A stretch of 64,000 nucleotides of DNA from Callorhinchus milii (Eukaryota): positions 103,790,001 to 103,854,000 of the forward strand of contig NW_024704742.1 in assembly GCF_018977255.1 (NCBI RefSeq), in the 5' to 3' direction. The notes beneath the pieces were generated by a model. That model was not told where the DNA came from. It did no database searches and saw only the letters and a program-made list of their open reading frames with translations. The position numbers and the translations under genes were made by a program. Numbering within the stretch: the stretch's first letter is position 1; every line of letters starts with the position of its first letter. Of the stretch, positions 38,659-51,960 are shown piece after piece.

Positions 38659-40110
38659 CAAGTTGCACTTATATAGCGTCCTCCGCACAGGGTAGTGTCT
38701 CGGAGCACTTAACAGTGGCGGAGACTGACTCCAAGCCGAGGGTGAGGTGGTGGGGGAGAGGAGTTGACCGAAAGCATATTTGAAAAGGAAGATTTCAAGG
38801 TGTGATTTGAAAAAGGGGAAAGGGAGCAAGGTGGCAAGGTGGAGGGATTGAGGGACAGTGTTCCAAAGTTTTAGTGGCTGAAGGCACGACATTCAATGAT
38901 GGAGCAGAGGGTGCGAGGGACAAGCAGGAGGTCAGTGTCAGTCAAGCGGAGGTGCCGGGTGGTGGATTGGGGAGTGAGGAGGTTGGAGGTCCCAGGGAGT
39001 GAAGCGATTTGAACACGAATGTAAGGATCTTGAAGCTGATCCATTTGGTGATGGGGAACCAGTGAAGCCTGTCCAGAACTGGTTAAAATGGGTGTATGGA
39101 TTTTGGTCCGGGTCAGTATGTGGGCAGCAGAGTTCTGAATGAGCTGGATTTTTTGAATAGTGGAACTGGGGAGACCAGCAAGAAGTGCGTTGGAGTAATC
39201 GAGGCGGGAGGTGACAAACACACGCACGAGGGTTTCGGCTGCATTTGGGGTAAGGTACGGTCTGAGGTGGGCAATGTGGTGGAGGTGGAGGAAGGGACCG
39301 GATGTGGGGGAGGAAGGACAGCTGGAGGTCGAACCGGATGCCTAGATTCCTCACTGGTTCGACGAATCTGAGGGAGAACCCAGGGAGGTTGAGGAGTTTA
39401 GATCTGCAGGAATGAAGACGTTGACGGGAGCAAAAGAGTATGGCTTCTGTCTTGTCCACATTCAGCTGCAGGAAGATTGCATTCATCTGATGTCTGCCAG
39501 GCGGGTTGATAGAACATCGGTGGACCTGGAGTCGATACTGGAGGAGGCAAAATAGATTTGTGTGTCATCTGCATACATGTGGAAATTTACCCCATGTCTG
39601 CTGATGACATCGCCAAGCAGGAGCATATACATTAGGAAAAGAAGCGGGCCAAGGATGGAGCCCTGGAGTACCCTGCAGGTGACCAGACAGGAACAGGAGG
39701 AGAAACCATTTGCCAGGATAAAATGGAGGTGGTTGGTTAAGTAAGACTCGAGTGTGGTGCCACTAAGGTGGATGAGGGAGGAGAGGTGGTGGAGGAGGAA
39801 GACGAAGTCGACTGTATCGAACACAGTAGAGAGATCCAGCAGGTCGAGGAGGCAGAGGGAGCCCTGGTCACAGATAGAGAGAACGTCGTTTGTGACTTTT
39901 ATCCTGCCCACAGCTGTCTCTGCTGTAGGCAGGACGAAAACCAGACTGCAGTAGCTCGAGGAGGGAATGGAGGGAGGTGTGACCGAAGTTGACCTGCAAC
40001 AATGAACTCCAAGACTTTAGCAAGGAAGGGTAGGTTGGAAATGGGACAGCAGAGTAAGAGATTAGAGGGATCGAGCGTGGGTTTTTTGAAGAGGGATGTG
40101 ATAACGGCTC
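38659..40110 (-). mobile_element. L2 fragment (~1.45 kb, RT to tail, type A) with 8-bp TSD
   Basis: LLDLSTVFDTVD...QGSILGPLLFLMY...HMYADDTQIY; GAATACAA at 38651-38658 and 40111-40118. Confidence 0.95.
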
Positions 40111-40118
40111 GAATACAA

Positions 40119-40198
40119 ATGATTAGGGCCGGAAGTGTTATCCAATTTACCCAGCACCCAGGGTTAATCGGCATTCTGTTAAAGTGGCCTCCACTGTG
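40119..40198. mobile_element. End of a pogo/Tigger-like DNA element, continuing at ~38440-38650 across the L2
   Basis: Ends ...ttaaagtggcctccactg-tgta; gattaaccg-type subterminal motifs on both sides of the L2. Confidence 0.5.
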
Positions 40199-40806
40199 TA
40201 CATATAGAAACCTCATATATATGCACCATGGCCCTTGTGTGTAAAACAAAACACAGCTTCAATTTTTGAAGTTTTACAGGAATAGATCGTTACAACGCGC
40301 CCCAGTTGTGTGCAAGTTCACTTAGAGCATAGTCCGTTGTGAACTGAGTATATGGGTCTACTGCCGTACCAAAAGCACGATATCCCAGATACCCGGGTCA
40401 TCAGGTAACCACTGGCATCACTTCCTGTGTATTGTGTGAGGTTCGTTCCGCACAGGAAGCGTTGCTGATGTCGCTTCTTGTGTGTTGTGCATGTACATTA
40501 TGTGAAGGAAGCCCTGCTGATGGCCCTATTTAGAAAAAGTGGGTCCACTGAAACGAATTTAGCTCCAGTGTGAAAGCATTTCAATTTTAAATTTTGAACA
40601 TTTTGCATCCATTACATAAAGGTACACAAGAATTGTTTTACCCTTTAACAAGCCCAAATTAATATAGTTTCCAACATGAAAATTATTTAAACTGTATTCT
40701 GTAAAACTCAAACAGAATTAAATTAGATTTAGAGAATTGTAGAGATTCCCTATTGAATGTTAAATAGTGCATGTGCTAAAACAATAAAACACTTTGCTCC
40801 CACTCC

Positions 40807-42382
40807 CACTGTGAGGAAATGCTGACTTCCTCGTGTCCAAAATTGAGGGAGTCCACTCAACCACTGCCCTCCCAACTTACACACTCTCCCAACACCCCCC
40901 CACACTCTGACCACTACATATCCCTCCTTCCACACCTTTGAACCTGTCTCCCTCTCCTCTATCATCACCACCATATCGTCCATGAAGCCCACCACCTGCT
41001 CCCTGGACTCCATCCCCACCCCTCTCCTTAAATCCCAGCTCTACCTCCTTGTCCCACTACTCACCGACATCATCAACCTCTCCCTGTCATCTGGCACTGT
41101 TCCTACCCCCCTCAAAACAGCCATTATCACCTCCACCTTGAAGAAACCTTCCCTTGACCCACACAGCTATCGACCCATCTTCAACCTCCCTTTGCTGTCC
41201 AAGGTCCTTGAGAGCCGTTGCCTCCCAGCTTCGCTCTTTCCTCTCCTCTCACTCCCTTCATGAGCCCCTCCAATTGGGTTTCTGTGCTGCCCACAGCACA
41301 GAAAATGCTCTAGTCAAGGTCACAAATGACATCCTGACCATGTGTGACCAGGGGTCCCTCTGCCTTCTCATCCTCCTCGACCTTTTGTCACTGTGGACCA
41401 TTCAATCCTCCTCCATTGCCTCTCCTCCCACCTCAACCTCCAAGCTTCTGTCCTTGACTGGTTCAGGTCCTACCTTTCACACCGCCTCCACTGCATCTCT
41501 GTAAACGCCTTCTCCTCCAGCCCCCGCACCGTCTCATGTGGTGTACCTCAGGGCTCTGTCCTCGGTCCCCTCCTCTTCCCCCCTACATGCTCTCCCTTGG
41601 TGACATCATCTGAAGACATGGGGTAAATCTCCACATGTATGCAGATGATACCCAACTCTATCTCTCTGCCTCCACCCTCAACTCCAGGACTACTGGCGTC
41701 CTAACCGACTGCCTGTCCGACATCAAGTCCTGGTCGAGGGACAACTTTCTTCACCTGAACATCAGCCAGACCGAGGCCCTCCTGATTAGCTCACGCCAGC
41801 TACTCTGCATCTCAGGCGCTGGCAGCATCAGCCTCCACGGCTGCACACTCAACCTCACTAAGCCAACTCTTCCCTTCACAAGCTGCAGATGATCCAAAAC
41901 TCCACAGCTCGTGTAGTCTCGTGCACCAGGCTCCATGACCCTATCACTCCCAACCTCGCCCGACTCCCCATCCCTCAGAGGATCGAATTCAAGATCCTCG
42001 TCCTCACTTTCAAAGCCATCCATGCCTTGCCCCCTCCTACCTCTCTGACCTGCTGACTCCCTACCAGCCTGCCCACTCCCTCCTTTCAGCGGGTTCCGGT
42101 CTGCTCCATGTCTCGCGCCTGACCATCAGTGGCCGGGCTTTCAGCCTCTCTGCCCCCACTCTCTGGAACTCCATCCACAGTCCCTTCACTCTCTTCCTCC
42201 ATTGCCTCCTTCAAGGCCGGTCTCAAGATTCTCCTCTTCGATCGTGCCTTCGATTGCCCTCCCACCTCTCTGCCTTCCCTCACCCCTCCCCCATGCTCGG
42301 ATCCTGACCCCTGACTGTCCAGCACCTTGGGATGTCCTCCCGACGTGAAAGGCGCTCTATAAGTGTAATTTTGTTGTTGTTG
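40807..42382 (+). mobile_element. L2 fragment (~1.6 kb, type B), frameshifted RT
   Basis: KPTTCSLDSIPTPLLK...YRPIFNLPLLSKVLE...[13 protein letters not shown]...YADDTQLY; possible TSD CACTCC (40801-40806 / 42383-42388). Confidence 0.95.
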
Positions 42383-42573
42383 CACTCCAAGTTCCACTTG
42401 TCTAATTGTTGCCTTTAAAAGCAACAATTGTTATCAAATGTTTGAAAAAGTACTTTTTTAAAATACTCTATTGAATATTTAGTATTTATAATTTGTATTA
42501 TACAACAGAAAAAACAGTGATCGAAGAACATTTTGCGCATGTTCAACAATTTCTCAGATGATACTTGTCTCAC

Positions 42574-42716
42574 CTATGTCTGCAGATACCATGATAGACT
42601 GATTCTCTGGTACTGAGGCAGATGTTTGATCCTGGTCCACACTCCTAGAATCATCATTTGCCTCCTGTTGACTGTGGCTAAGTTCTGAACGCAACTCTGA
42701 ATACTCATCTTCTTCT
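42574..42716 (-). CDS. MCC: MCC coding exon
   Basis: acag|AGAAGAA...ATAG|gtgag; 143 nt, phase 2/1; EEDEYSELRSELSHSQQEANDDSRSVDQDQTSASVPENQSIMVSADI (ORF 42554..42736). Confidence 0.95.
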
Positions 42717-42889
42717 CTGTGGAATAAACACACCACTTAGAATTCTTAAGAGATGATAGCATTCAGGATTTTCTGACTTAAATTAGAGACAGTGACGGAT
42801 AGAAAGAAAGGGAAACCCAGCGGTAGGAGACACACACAAAGAAACAGAGAGGTAGACAGATAGAGTTAGTAACCCAGTCCAGACAAAAT

Positions 42890-43325
42890 AATAATAGTTC
42901 TTACATTTGATACATTTGATACACAATCAATAATTGATAATTGATAATAATAATTGATAATTGATTATCACATAATCAAGACATCTCAAAGCACTTTGTA
43001 TAAGTTACACTGAAATTTAGCAACAGCAAATGCAGCAGTCAAATTGCACACAGCAAAGTCCCACAAACAACCATGAAGTAAATGACAAATTTTTATCTGG
43101 AGAATTGTTGGCCAGGACATCGGGAGAAACTCCCTCGTCTTTTTGAATAGTGTCCTGCGATCTTTAATGTCTCATCCGAAGAATGGCAAATCTAACAATG
43201 CAGTGCTTTCTCACAACTGCGCCAAAATGAGTGTCAGCCAAGACTGATTTCAAAGTCCTGAAGTGGGACTTGAAACCACAGCCTTCTAATTCAGAGGGGA
43301 ACACCAACTGAGCCAGGCTGACGAG
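42890..43325 (-). mobile_element. Deu-domain SINE (tRNA head, L2-like tail)
   Basis: Minus strand ggctcagttgg...ttcaagtcccac...cttcggatgagacattaaagatcgcaggacactattcaaaaagacgagggagtttctcccgatgtcctggccaac, matching the Deu domain as I recall it. Confidence 0.7.
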
Positions 43326-44325
43326 ATCAACAACAGCTTACACTTATATAGCGCCCTTCACGCCGGACGGCGTTTTGGAGCAAGATCTGAAACTAAAACT
43401 CACTATAGGATAGCAATGGCAGATGATAGGCTCTTCAAATTTGAATCTGGTGCCAATAAAAAAATTGAATAATGGGGTTATTCTTATTTTATTTTATTAT
43501 TTAGGGTAAAACTAAAATTTTGCCTCTTTTCCAGTCTTCTGTTCGGTAAATATACAAAAGTTACAAAAACATTTTCCACGTGTTGGCAGTGAGTGAGATA
43601 TGATGATTGTAGATAAAACGCAATTGACATGACACCCACGCACTTAACAGTCACCTCTATTAAAATGATAAAATATTAATTTTGACATTTCATTTAAACA
43701 TGTTATAAATAGAACACATAATGGCTAGTGGCGACACAAACGAGAAAACTGAGGTTTAGATAGCAGCTGGTCCCTATACTTAATTGATTTGTTTTACTTA
43801 TCCCAAAGAAAACATCTTATGACTAACCTCAATTGTGAATTTTTAATTATATTCTACTGCCAGCCAAAGCTCCTTACATAACTAATGGCTCCATACAATC
43901 AGCGAACGGCTTCACAAAAAAGAACCATTTGGTCATTACTGAGTAACAATAGATTTCTTATTTGATGCCATATTTAAGAGCTAAACACTTGCACGTGAAA
44001 GGCTGCAAACAATTTCAATACTGCATACACGCAGGCTCAGCCACATTGTCAGAAAGAGGCAACATATTTAGGAAGATTATGAAAGCATGCAGTAATATCA
44101 TAATGACATAGTATGCATAGTGAATCAATAATGCTGTATTTAATTCAACAACAACAACAAAATTACATTTGTATAGTACCTTTCACATCGGGAGGTCATC
44201 CCAAGGTGCTTGAAATTCAATGATTTCAAAATGTAAAACTACTGGTGATTTGTACCAGTATATTCATATCAAAGGCAGGAAAATAAATGTAAAAAAGTCT
44301 GTGATAACTTCTCACAATGTAAAAC

Positions 44326-45364
44326 AACAAGATTCCATTTATAGAGCGCCTTTCACGTTGGGAGGACGTCAAGGCGCTGTACAGTTGGGTCAGGACCCGA
44401 GCTTTGGGGGGGAGAATGGGAGGGAGCGAGGAGGGGGAAATGGTGAGGGGAGGGAAGGGAGGGAGCGAGGAGGGGGTAGAGAGTCGAGAGGGGAGCTGAA
44501 GGCACGGTCAAAGAGAAAGGTCTTGAGACCGGCCTTGAAGGAGGAAAGGGAGGAAGCGACGAAGGCACTGGGGGATAGAGTTCCAGAGCCTGGGGCTGAG
44601 AGGCTGAAGGCCCGGCCACCGATGGTAGGGCGGTTGGGGCGGGGGATGTGGAGCAGACCGGAGCCAGAGGAACGGAGGGTACGGGCAGGTAGTAGGGGGA
44701 TAGTAGGTCGGAGAGGTAGGGGGAGCAGGCCGTGAATGGCCTTGTAGGTGAGGATCTTGAAATCAATCCTCTGGGGGATGGGGAGCCAGTGGAGGTGAGC
44801 GAGGGTGGGAGTGATGTGGTCCCGAAGCCTGGTGCGGGACAGTACACGAGCTGCAGAGTTCTGAATGACCTGCAGTGTGGAGGGAGGTGGCGGGAAGGCC
44901 GGCGAGGAGAGAGTTCCCATAGTCCAGCCTTGAGGTGATAAAGGTGTGGACCAGAGTTTCAGCAGCGTGAGGGGTGAGGTAATGCCGTAGTCTGGCGATG
45001 TTCCGGAGGTGATGGAAGGCGGTGCCAGTTGTGGTGCGGATATGAGGGAGAAAGGACAGCTCAGGGTCGAACAGAACCCCGAGGTTCCTGACTGTCTTTG
45101 AGAGGTGGAGAGTGCAGCCTTGGAGGCTGATGGTGTCAGCGCCTGAGGTGCGGAGGCGCTGACGTGAGCCAATCAGGAGGGCCTCGGTTTTTCGCACGTT
45201 GAGCTGAAGAAAGTTGTCTCTCGTCCAGGACTCGATGTCAGACAGGAACGCTGTCAGGACATCGGTGGTCGTGGAGTTGAGGATAGAGGAGGAAAGGTAG
45301 AGTTGGGTGTCATCCGCATACATGTGGAAGTTAACCCCATGTCTGCGGATGATGTCACCAAGGG
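44326..45364 (-). mobile_element. L2 fragment (~1 kb, type B, little diverged)
   Basis: HMYADDTQLYLS...NFLQLNVRKTEALLIG...TSRLDYGNSLLAGLP...LHWLPIPQRIDFKI; possible TSD AAAAC. Confidence 0.95.
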
Positions 45365-45617
45365 AAAACGTTTCTTTAAGAAAATAAATCAGGCTTCCAT
45401 TATAACTTCTAAACAAAGAGAAACAAAGGCAAGAGACAGTGGAAACATAAGTGAACCACAGGCAATTAATGATGCCAACAAAATTCCTTAGTCAAATTAA
45501 CAAAACTGTGCTTAAGTGACACTTAAGGTTTACTCCCACGTTACAGTAATTGCTTAGATATCCTTTAAAGGGAAAACAAATCTGTAGTTAGGTTGCAAGA
45601 AAATTTCTATGATGATT

Positions 45618-45985
45618 TAATAATAATAATCCTTACATTTGATATAACGCCTTATCACTTCTCCCGAGACATCTAAAAGCATTTCACAATATATACTGTG
45701 AAGTGAATTGATTGTATATTTTTGTGGGTGAAATGTGGCAACCAATTGTACGCAGCAGTATCCCACAAACAGTCGTGGATTGAGTGATTAATTTTTTTTA
45801 AGGGATTACTACCCCCGGAAAAACGATCCACTAATTGACTAACAACCAGGTTCCAACTTAGTGTTAGGTAAACAGAGGCATATGGAGCAAGAAAACCTGC
45901 CCAACGGTTCACCCTGCCCGGGAATCAAACCCAGGTCCTCTTGCTTCTGAGGCGAGTGATCTCAACACTAAGCTTCAGGACTCCA
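45618..45985 (-). mobile_element. tRNA-derived SINE (long form)
   Basis: Reverse complement of gtggagtcctgaagcttagtg...gggtttgattccc...tail. Confidence 0.9.
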
Positions 45986-47442
45986 CAACTAATTTAATTG
46001 TATTTTCAGATATTGATATGACCAGCACTGCAAGTCACTTTCTTCTCAGGTTTTCAGGTCAGACTTCTACGTGGCCTACAATTTCTGGTGAAAATTGCAT
46101 CACTGTGCCTTTGGGAATAGACAACTCTCTCTAAAACCCTTTCAAGCATTTTACCTCAAACATTGTAAGCACCAAATTAGTTGCAGCTGTTTACTGATAT
46201 CAAGGCTATATAACCCAGACAAGCTGTCTTTTCTTGGTTCATTTGGGAGTTTAGACAATTAGATAATACTTGGCTTGACCTCTTAACCCTTATTACTTCA
46301 TTTGTATCTTCTGCCCAACAGAAGTTGTTACAAATCTGTGGGTTATTTAATGCAGTATCTCCTAATAAGTTAAACCTGAAAGCAAATGTTCAAACAGAAA
46401 ATACTGTCTGCAAGAGATATGTAATATTCATTTCAAGTCATTACAATCTTCTTACAATCTCAAGTAAGAGCTGCAGATGGAACAATCCATCTTCTTGAAT
46501 GTAGCTTCGTATTCTAAATGAAGTATTTTGTATTTTTAATTTATTAATTCCATAGAATTGCATAGAATGCTACATTAAGGGAGCAGGCAATTCATTTTAA
46601 CTAATCCAGGACAGTGTTTATATTCCACATGAGCCTCCACACCTCCTAATCCCCCTTCTCCCGAATGTATGCATCAAGTTCCCTCTTAAATATGTTGATG
46701 CTTGTCAAATGGACCATTTGTGATTACTCATTTGAGAATTGATGTGATAAGAGAAATTGTGGTGAGATTTAAGAAATTCCGCATGCCATTTTGCTCCTCT
46801 ACACTTTAAACTAATAGTATTTATTTGCTTGGCAATTATGCTGTTTGGCAATTCTTGGCAATTCTCCTAAGTATGCTGTTTTTCTGAAGGTGTCAAAGTA
46901 AACAATATGTGAAATTCCACAGGAGAAAAATTGTGGTAGCGCTGTCCATTTGCCTCACCACAGATGAGGAGGGTAAGACTAAGAAAATGCACCACATTGA
47001 TTTGGAATTTAGGGGATGGGCCAACTAAAGCATTGATGAATTTTTCTATTAACCAGGGCCAATAGAAAATTGTGGAAATTTTTGCCTAAAATTGTGGGAA
47101 AATTTGGCAAATCTTACTAAGGATTGCAAGGGGTTGGTGCTATTGAGAAGTATGTTTACTGCCAACCTATATTTTTTCACTTTATTAAGACTAAACATGA
47201 AGAAATATCACATATTAGATAGTTGCAAAAAGAAATTATTAATGCTTTCTTTAACAAAAACTGGGTGGTCCACCCGGGGGATAGGGGGAGCACTAGCGCA
47301 GGCCCGAATGGTGCATTTCCACTGTGCACTACATTTAAACGCCAATGTCCTGGCTGCGAGGCTCCAGGTCACAACCTCTGCCTCTCAGGCCTGTCACTGC
47401 ACACAGCTACACACACTCACCAGCACAGAGATACACACATAC

Positions 47443-47720
47443 ACAAAGTGCTTCACAGAATATACTGTAAAGTGAATTGACTGTATTTTATGGGCGAAAC
47501 GTGGAAATCAATTGCACACAGCAGTGTCCCACAAACAGTCGTGGATTAAGTGACCAAATTATTATGTTACTTATTTTTTTTGAAGGGATTATTACCCCCG
47601 GAAAGTGATCTGCCAATGGACTAAGAACCTGGTTCTACTTACCGCTAGGTTAACTTGCCTGGGAATCTAAGTCCTCTCGCTTGCGAGGCGAGTGCTCTAA
47701 TCAATACGCTACGAAACATC
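47443..47720 (-). mobile_element. tRNA-derived SINE (tail lost)
   Basis: Head ctcgcctcgcaagcgagagg, body gtgggacactgctgtgtgcaattg. Confidence 0.85.
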
Positions 47721-48269
47721 ATACATTCTATTTACAGTAACAGTCACTCCATTTTATAATTTATCTTGTGAAGAGTTCTGAGGCGACCTCCCGATGTTCA
47801 AGGTGCTAAATCAAATTCAAGCATTATTATAGTATTATTATTGACAGCAACCCTAATCCTGTTCTTAACTGAAGTCTATTTTTTTCCCCCTTACTAATTG
47901 AACCTGGGAGCTAAAAACTGTTTTGCTCAACTACTCAAATGAGTAAATGTACAGTTTTGGGGGATGTCCACATATACTGATTTGAAGGAGAGACACTCTT
48001 CAAGTGCTGTTGGCAGCAAAATTACCAAACGTGCTCGCAAATTAAATCTGTTCATTAATTTTTTTTTAATATTTATAGAAAAACTTGAGATTGTGTTGCT
48101 CTATCAAACGTACCAGTCAAACCTAAGCAGTCTGGAGACTAAAATTTACACTATACTATGAGATAGCTTAGTTAATGAAATGCAGAATCATTCCACAGGC
48201 TCACTATCATACAGATAACTGCATACTTAGTGATCTCTTGAATAATACTGGAGGAAGTACATTAATATC

Positions 48270-49070
48270 ATAGAATTATAGAATCGTACAGCACAAAAAG
48301 AGGCCATTCATCCCATCGAGTCTGTGCCTGCTCTTTGAATAGAGCAATTAATGTCAATCCCACTCCCAAGCCCTTTCCCCATAACCCTGCAAACCTGTGC
48401 TCCTCAAATACCCGTCCACCGCGTTTTTAAAAGTAGTTATCGAATCGGCCTCGACCACCCTTGCAGGCAATGCGTTCCAGATTCGAACAACTCGCTGCGT
48501 GAAAAAATTTCTTCTCACCTTCCCTCTGCTTCTTTTAAAGACTAATTTGAATTTGTGACCTTGAGTCACCGACACACCCACCAGTGGAAACAGTTTTTCA
48601 CTTTCTAACCTATCAAATCCCCTCATGATTTTGAAGACCTCTATTAGGTCTCCTCGTAACCTTCTCTGCTCCAACAAGAATAATCCCAGCCTCTCTAGCC
48701 TTTCCTCATAATCAAGGTCCCTCAGTCCTGGTACCATCCTCGTAAATCTCCTCTGCACCCTTTCCAATACCTTAACATCCTTCCTATAGTGTGGTGCCCA
48801 GAACTGGGCACAATATTCTAACTGAGGCCTAACCAGTGTTTTATATAGGTTAATTATAACCTCCTGACTTGTACTGTCTATGTCTTCCTGCAGTTGGCTA
48901 CTATCCTTCTCACTGTTTACCACCCTACCTAACTTTGTGTCGTCCGCAAACTTGGAAATGGTGTTTGCTATACCCAAGTCCAGATTATTTATGTATATTA
49001 AGAAGAGCAGTGGTCCTAATACCGATCCCTGGGGGACGCCACTGTACACTTCCCTCCAGTCAATATATTC
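48270..49070 (-). mobile_element. CR1 LINE 3' fragment with RT motifs and internal deletion
   Basis: [19 protein letters not shown]...KFADDTKLG...YKTLVRPQLEYCAQFWAP...FFTQRVVRIWNALP; tail gaatggcctc...gattctat. Confidence 0.95.
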
Positions 49071-49076
49071 CCTTTT

Positions 49077-49098
49077 ACACACGCGCACACACACACAC
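49077..49098 (+). repeat. (CA)n microsatellite
   Basis: acacacgcgcacacacacacac. Confidence 0.8.
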
Positions 49099-49559
49099 TT
49101 TGTGAAGAAACTATCCAATGGAATAATAAAGGAATTCAGCATTTTGATTCAAAAATTAGTGTAAAATACACTAAATTTTGAAACAAATCACTCGTACAAT
49201 TTACAAGTGCAAATTTTAAATGACAGCAAGTGCTACGGTTAGTATGTTTTAAAATGAATGACATTCCTGTACATTCTTACGTTCCCTCTGTAACTATGAT
49301 AGATGGATAGATGGTTAAGCTTAATGATGTTTTTCAGAAAGGCAAGAATAGGAGATAAACTAGATCTCTCTTTATTACAACAGTTAATGGTGCATGACAG
49401 AACTGTATTTTATTCACTAAGGGTTTCATCTCCTCAGATCAGCTTCTTGAGAACTATCTAGATGTCACGTCTGAGAATAGAGTCTTACAGTATTACCATC
49501 TGACTGCTCACTTAATCATTTTCATTCCTTTTATTAAAGGCAAGTTTATCTATTAACTG

Positions 49560-50010
49560 TTTACAAGGATTTACAGGAATATTACCAGGGATGAGCAAAC
49601 ACAGCTATCAGAAAGATTTCTCTCTACAGTTGAGACAATTGAGAAGCAACCTGACAGAGATATTTAAAAGTATGAAAAGATTCAATAAGGTGGACATGAT
49701 AGGCTGGTGGTGAGCCCAAAACTAGAGGGTATAAACATAAGATAGCCAGTAGTGGATCTAAAAGGGAGTGAAGCTTAGGAAGAAGGAACGTCTTCATGCA
49801 AAGAGTGGTGAGAATATGAAACTCACTCATGGAACCTGTAATTGAAAATAAAAGTATCAATGTATTTCAAAGTTAACTTGATGCATACATAGAGTAGGGA
49901 AAGGGAACAAAAGAATGTAGGTGAGAGGAATAGAAAGGTTGGGGAGCAGGGGTGGCTATGTGGAGTATGAAAACTGAATGGCCTGCTTCTGTGCCACATT
50001 ATCTATGCAA
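49560..50010 (+). mobile_element. Degenerate CR1 3' fragment
   Basis: atttacaggaatattaccagggatgag...agagtggtgagaatatgaaactc...gaatggcctgcttctgtgc; similar to 18430-18990. Confidence 0.8.
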
Positions 50011-51397
50011 CTATATGGGACATCGCAGGGACTGTAAAAATTAAGAGCTTCAATGCATTCAATTAAGAACATGTGCATATTTTTGGATCAAATCCCATTT
50101 TAAAAAAATCATGCTCTTTTGAAGAAAATTCTACACACTTTTGAATCCTTAATCTCTACAAAATGTACAAAACAGGAAAATAAGCTGCTATGACCCTACC
50201 ACCATAATGAATATCCACCACGAATCAGATGAATTGGTGCATATGCTAAACAGGACACCCATAACGTTTTTAGTGTGCAAATAATCTTTTGTTTTTTGAC
50301 CAAGTACACAAGACAGGCCCCATACAGGTCAGTGCGTGAAGATAGTTCATGCAACTGAATTTAAAATAACTAAACAATTACTAAAATTAAAGATGCTGAT
50401 TACTTTTTCACAATTTAAATCAAAGTAGTTGTTTACAGAATCCTTGCTTAAATTTTGCAACTCAACAAGATTAATAACATGCTCCATCTTTTCCTCAATT
50501 TATTCATAAATAATATATCGTACTCTTCTCATTTACAGCATTCACCTGCCGTTTCTCTCTTTGGATTATCCTGCTTTGGTTTGAACACATATCCATTCTC
50601 AGAAGGCAGACAGCAGACCTGTTGCTACATCTTTCAAATGCGTTTCCAATCAGTTAACAACAGATGCATGTAAACACCGGAAGCTTGGAAGTTACAATAC
50701 TCCATTGTTTATTTATATCTTATTGTGAGGTATTTGACTTCCTGATGGCCTCAAGAACTACTTAATTCACAAACACAACAACAACAACAAAATTACATTT
50801 ATAGAGCGCCTTTCACGTCGGGAGGACGTCCCAAGGCAATGCATTATGCCCATTATGCAGCACGTTGATAAACCAATCCACTGCCGTAAATGGAATTTTT
50901 TAAAATCATATCGCTCTCTTTGATTATAACTGGTGCATAGTTATGTAAGTATTGGCAATACAAATAGTAGATTGCTCAAATGGCTATTCATCATGTCTTG
51001 TTTGTTTACAATGGGGTGAATAAAAGAACATTTCTAGCAGTGATGACAATCAAGAATAAGAGCTTCAAACCGATTTTCCTCTCTTGTTCAGGGCCACTGA
51101 ATCTAGCTCTTGTCCTCCTAATGTTTCCCATTCGAGATCGGCTAACTTGGCACAGACCAAGGAAATCTCCTGGTATTTAGGATTTGCCACAAGCAGCTAC
51201 TGAAGCCATTACACTTAAAGGGGATTGGATAAACATTTAAGAAAGAACAACATAAAAGGTTACAGGGAAAGAAAACAGAATTGGAATCGGATCAATTAAC
51301 TCCAGTGGAGGGCTAGTAAAATCTCACTGAGCCAAATTGTTTTCTCCTATGCTGTCATTTTTATGATTCTATATTGTTAGGTACTACATCACAAAAG

Positions 51398-51960
51398 CAA
51401 CAACATGCATTTATATAGCACCATTTATGCAGCTTGGAGCACATCGGTGGGGTTACACGCCGAGCAAGGAAGAAGGGATCAGTGGAGGTGATCATAGATG
51501 GGGACAAAGAAGATTTAAAGATAGAGAGGGCAAGGCACGGAGATACAGAGGTCCAGAGGCTAGGGGCATGGCTGAAGGCATGGCTTCGGATGGTGGTGTG
51601 GAGAGTTTGGGGAACTCACAACAGGCCCACACAAGTGACGTATGAGCAGGTCAGAAAGGTAGGGAAGGGCAAGGGATTTGTATACAAGGGTGAGGATCTT
51701 AAAATTGATGCTTTTAGAGTGAGGGAGCCAGTGGAGTCTGGCAAGGATTGGGGTGATGTGCGGAATTTGGTAAGGGTTAGGATGGGGCAGCAGAATTTTG
51801 GATAAATTGAACTTTGTGGATAATAATAATAATAATACTAGCATCTAGGGGAACAAGTGAGGAGAACAAATCGGAAATCAAGGTGATAGGTGACAAAGCT
51901 GTGGATGAGGATTTCAGCAGAATTTGGGGTGAGATGGGGTTCAGAGGCAATGTGTTAGAA
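51398..51960 (-). mobile_element. Degenerate L2 3' fragment
   Basis: HITPILARLHWLPHSKSINFKILTLVYKSLALPYLSDLL. Confidence 0.85.

Noticed and set aside
50546..50596. Possible internal first exon MDMCSNQSRIIQREKRQ|gtgaat near FOX/ETS-like motifs
   Set aside because: Ends in phase 0 while the next exon needs phase 2; the motifs are too short to support
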